The notes below the pieces were generated by a model. The model searched no databases. It was not told the origin of the DNA and saw nothing but the letters and a program-made list of their open reading frames with translations. The translations under genes and the position numbers were made by a program. This document shows positions 62,171 through 64,000 of a stretch of 64,000 nucleotides of DNA, piece by piece (positions within the stretch are counted from its first letter, which is position 1; each line of letters begins with the position of its first letter). The DNA comes from Lingula anatina (lineage: Eukaryota > Animalia > Brachiopoda): NCBI GenBank assembly GCA_051362555.1, contig CM120644.1:22094534-22158533 (forward strand), given 5' to 3'.

Positions 62171-63719
62171 ATGGCAGAGAGGCAGTATCACCTTAAATTC
62201 GGCGGAAACGCTGCAGCGTCCGTTGACGCTTATTTGGAGTACAAGAGGTACGGACGATGGAGTTTAATTGCTGTTAACTTTGAATTTAACTATTGATTGA
62301 ATTAAATTCCTACATTCTGTCCATCGTACTGGATTCCCTGGATTCCTACTGGTAGGCATCGAATAAAGCAAGAAGCACGAGAAAGGAAAACGAAATAAAA
62401 TTTGAAATGAAATATATACATATATGGAGAGAGGGGGAGTGAGAGAGAAGGAGATAGAGTTTGATAATTAAAGATAATTTGCATTAGAGTTGATTTGGAC
62501 TAAAATTTTAAATTTTGGCCGTAATTTTTTATAAAAATGTAAATATGTACAATCACGTTTACCACTTTCCAACACACCTTCAATATTTATTTATTATTAT
62601 ACATATCAGCTTAACTTTGACATTTCAGGATAGTTGGGGATGATGATGGGGGCAAGTTGTTCACACCTGAAGAATATGAAGAATACAAGAAGAGAGTTCT
62701 GCCTCAAGTAAATATGTATTTTATAACATATATATATTATATTTAAAACATCAGGATAAATATTATTTAAATTAATTAGTTTGTGCACATAACTTTATGA
62801 AAAATTCATGCATTAGCCCTTCTATGTACTTGTTTTCAGTTGCTAATAACAAAAAAGTACTGTACATGTAAAATCCAATGTGATATGTTTATGGAATTTT
62901 GATTTATAGATCGATGGGTGCCTATTTGCCCAGGTATAACCTAAATATTAGTTTTTTTTTTTTTCAACAGCGTCTTGAGAACAGAGTCTACACAGCGTGG
63001 ACAGCACCAAGTGGCATGGACTGCAAGCTGATTGGTCCAGAAACACCCTGCTTCTGCACACACAGGTAGAATTTACTCTGGCTCAAGATGGTTCAATGAT
63101 CTATAAGGATTATTATTTTGGGGTTTCCATTTTTATCATCATTTTAACAAAGAGCAGACTCTCCAGACCCCCCCCTCCTTTTAACAAGTAGAGGATGTAA
63201 AGCTAAAAACACTGATGAGACTTTCCCAACTTTTGTCATATTTCTGACTTTTTCAGGGTCAATTGGGTCATTCTTGTGAATCGTGTAAATCCCGTGAATT
63301 GTGTAAATGCTACTTTGTCAGTGAGGACTGGTCTCATGCCTGTAAAAAGTTGTTATTTAATTTTCCAAAGCATTCAGAGAGCATTTACTCATCCCCCTGC
63401 GCCCAATTTGAAGACTTGTGAAAATGATGATCAACATGGATGACCCCTTAATTATTTCCTATTGAAGGCACAGAAGACCTTTACAGTACAAACCTAAATA
63501 ATAAGGCATTTCTTTTCTTCGAAACCAGGTACAGGCAGCACAAGACAGATTTCCAGACAATTCCTGCTGAGCGTCCTATTCTCCTGCCCTGTAAAGTGAA
63601 GGGCTGCAAGTGCTCGTCATATCACTACGTGCCTCTCAATGGCACTCAGCCCATACGCTGCAGATGTAAACATTTCGCTGATGACCATTCTGAAGTGGGA
63701 GCATATAAGTGTAGAAAAG
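62171..63719 (+). CDS. FAM221A: FAM221A (DUF4475 family), 5' part; continues past window end
   Basis: Exons 62171-62247 (VDAYLEYKR), 62629-62707 (IVGDDDGGKLFTPEEYEEYKKRVLP), 62971-63066 (GMDCKLIGPETPCFCTHR), 63529-63719 (YRQHKTDF..QPIRCRCKHFADDH). Confidence 0.93.
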
Positions 63720-64000
63720 GTGAGGACTGGTCTTTGAATGCTGGGACTACACACAATATGGGTTGTATAAGAGTTTGGATTATCTTAGAATTTAAATGGG
63801 TTTGCAAGTGACCATAAATGGTAGAGTGCGGATTGTGAATTTTAAAAGTTGAAAATATTTTTTGCTTATTTATTGTTTTTCTGTCAACTTTAGATAGAAA
63901 AAAGGCTACTAATTTATAAATTAGTAAAAAATGCAATAGCGCCTGTTTTATTTTTCTGGAGGATCTGAATGTTTATTTTGAAGTAGTACAAATAGGAATT

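Overview
AT-rich, intron-rich animal genomic DNA (invertebrate, probably lophotrochozoan/mollusc; inferred, not proven). Six spliced genes lie in three head-to-head pairs: ARPC2(-)/ferroportin SLC40A1(+), WDR75(-)/TOMM7(+), and a VOPP1/WBP1-family gene(-)/FAM221A(+). Notable non-genic structure: (i) a >=3.7 kb 51-bp satellite made of an ARPC2 exon end plus its 5' splice site, with a similar triplication at a ferroportin exon end; (ii) four near-identical SNORD53/92-like C/D snoRNAs plus several unexplained folded segments in WDR75 introns; (iii) a 16-kb WDR75 intron 1 holding a decayed Gypsy-like retroelement whose integrase ends in a PHD finger and which is followed by an extra CCHC + TatD nuclease ORF, next to a Mutator-clade transposase interrupted by a 6-bp-TSD hAT element and a TA-target TIR element. 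Exon coordinates were read by eye and may be off by a few bases.
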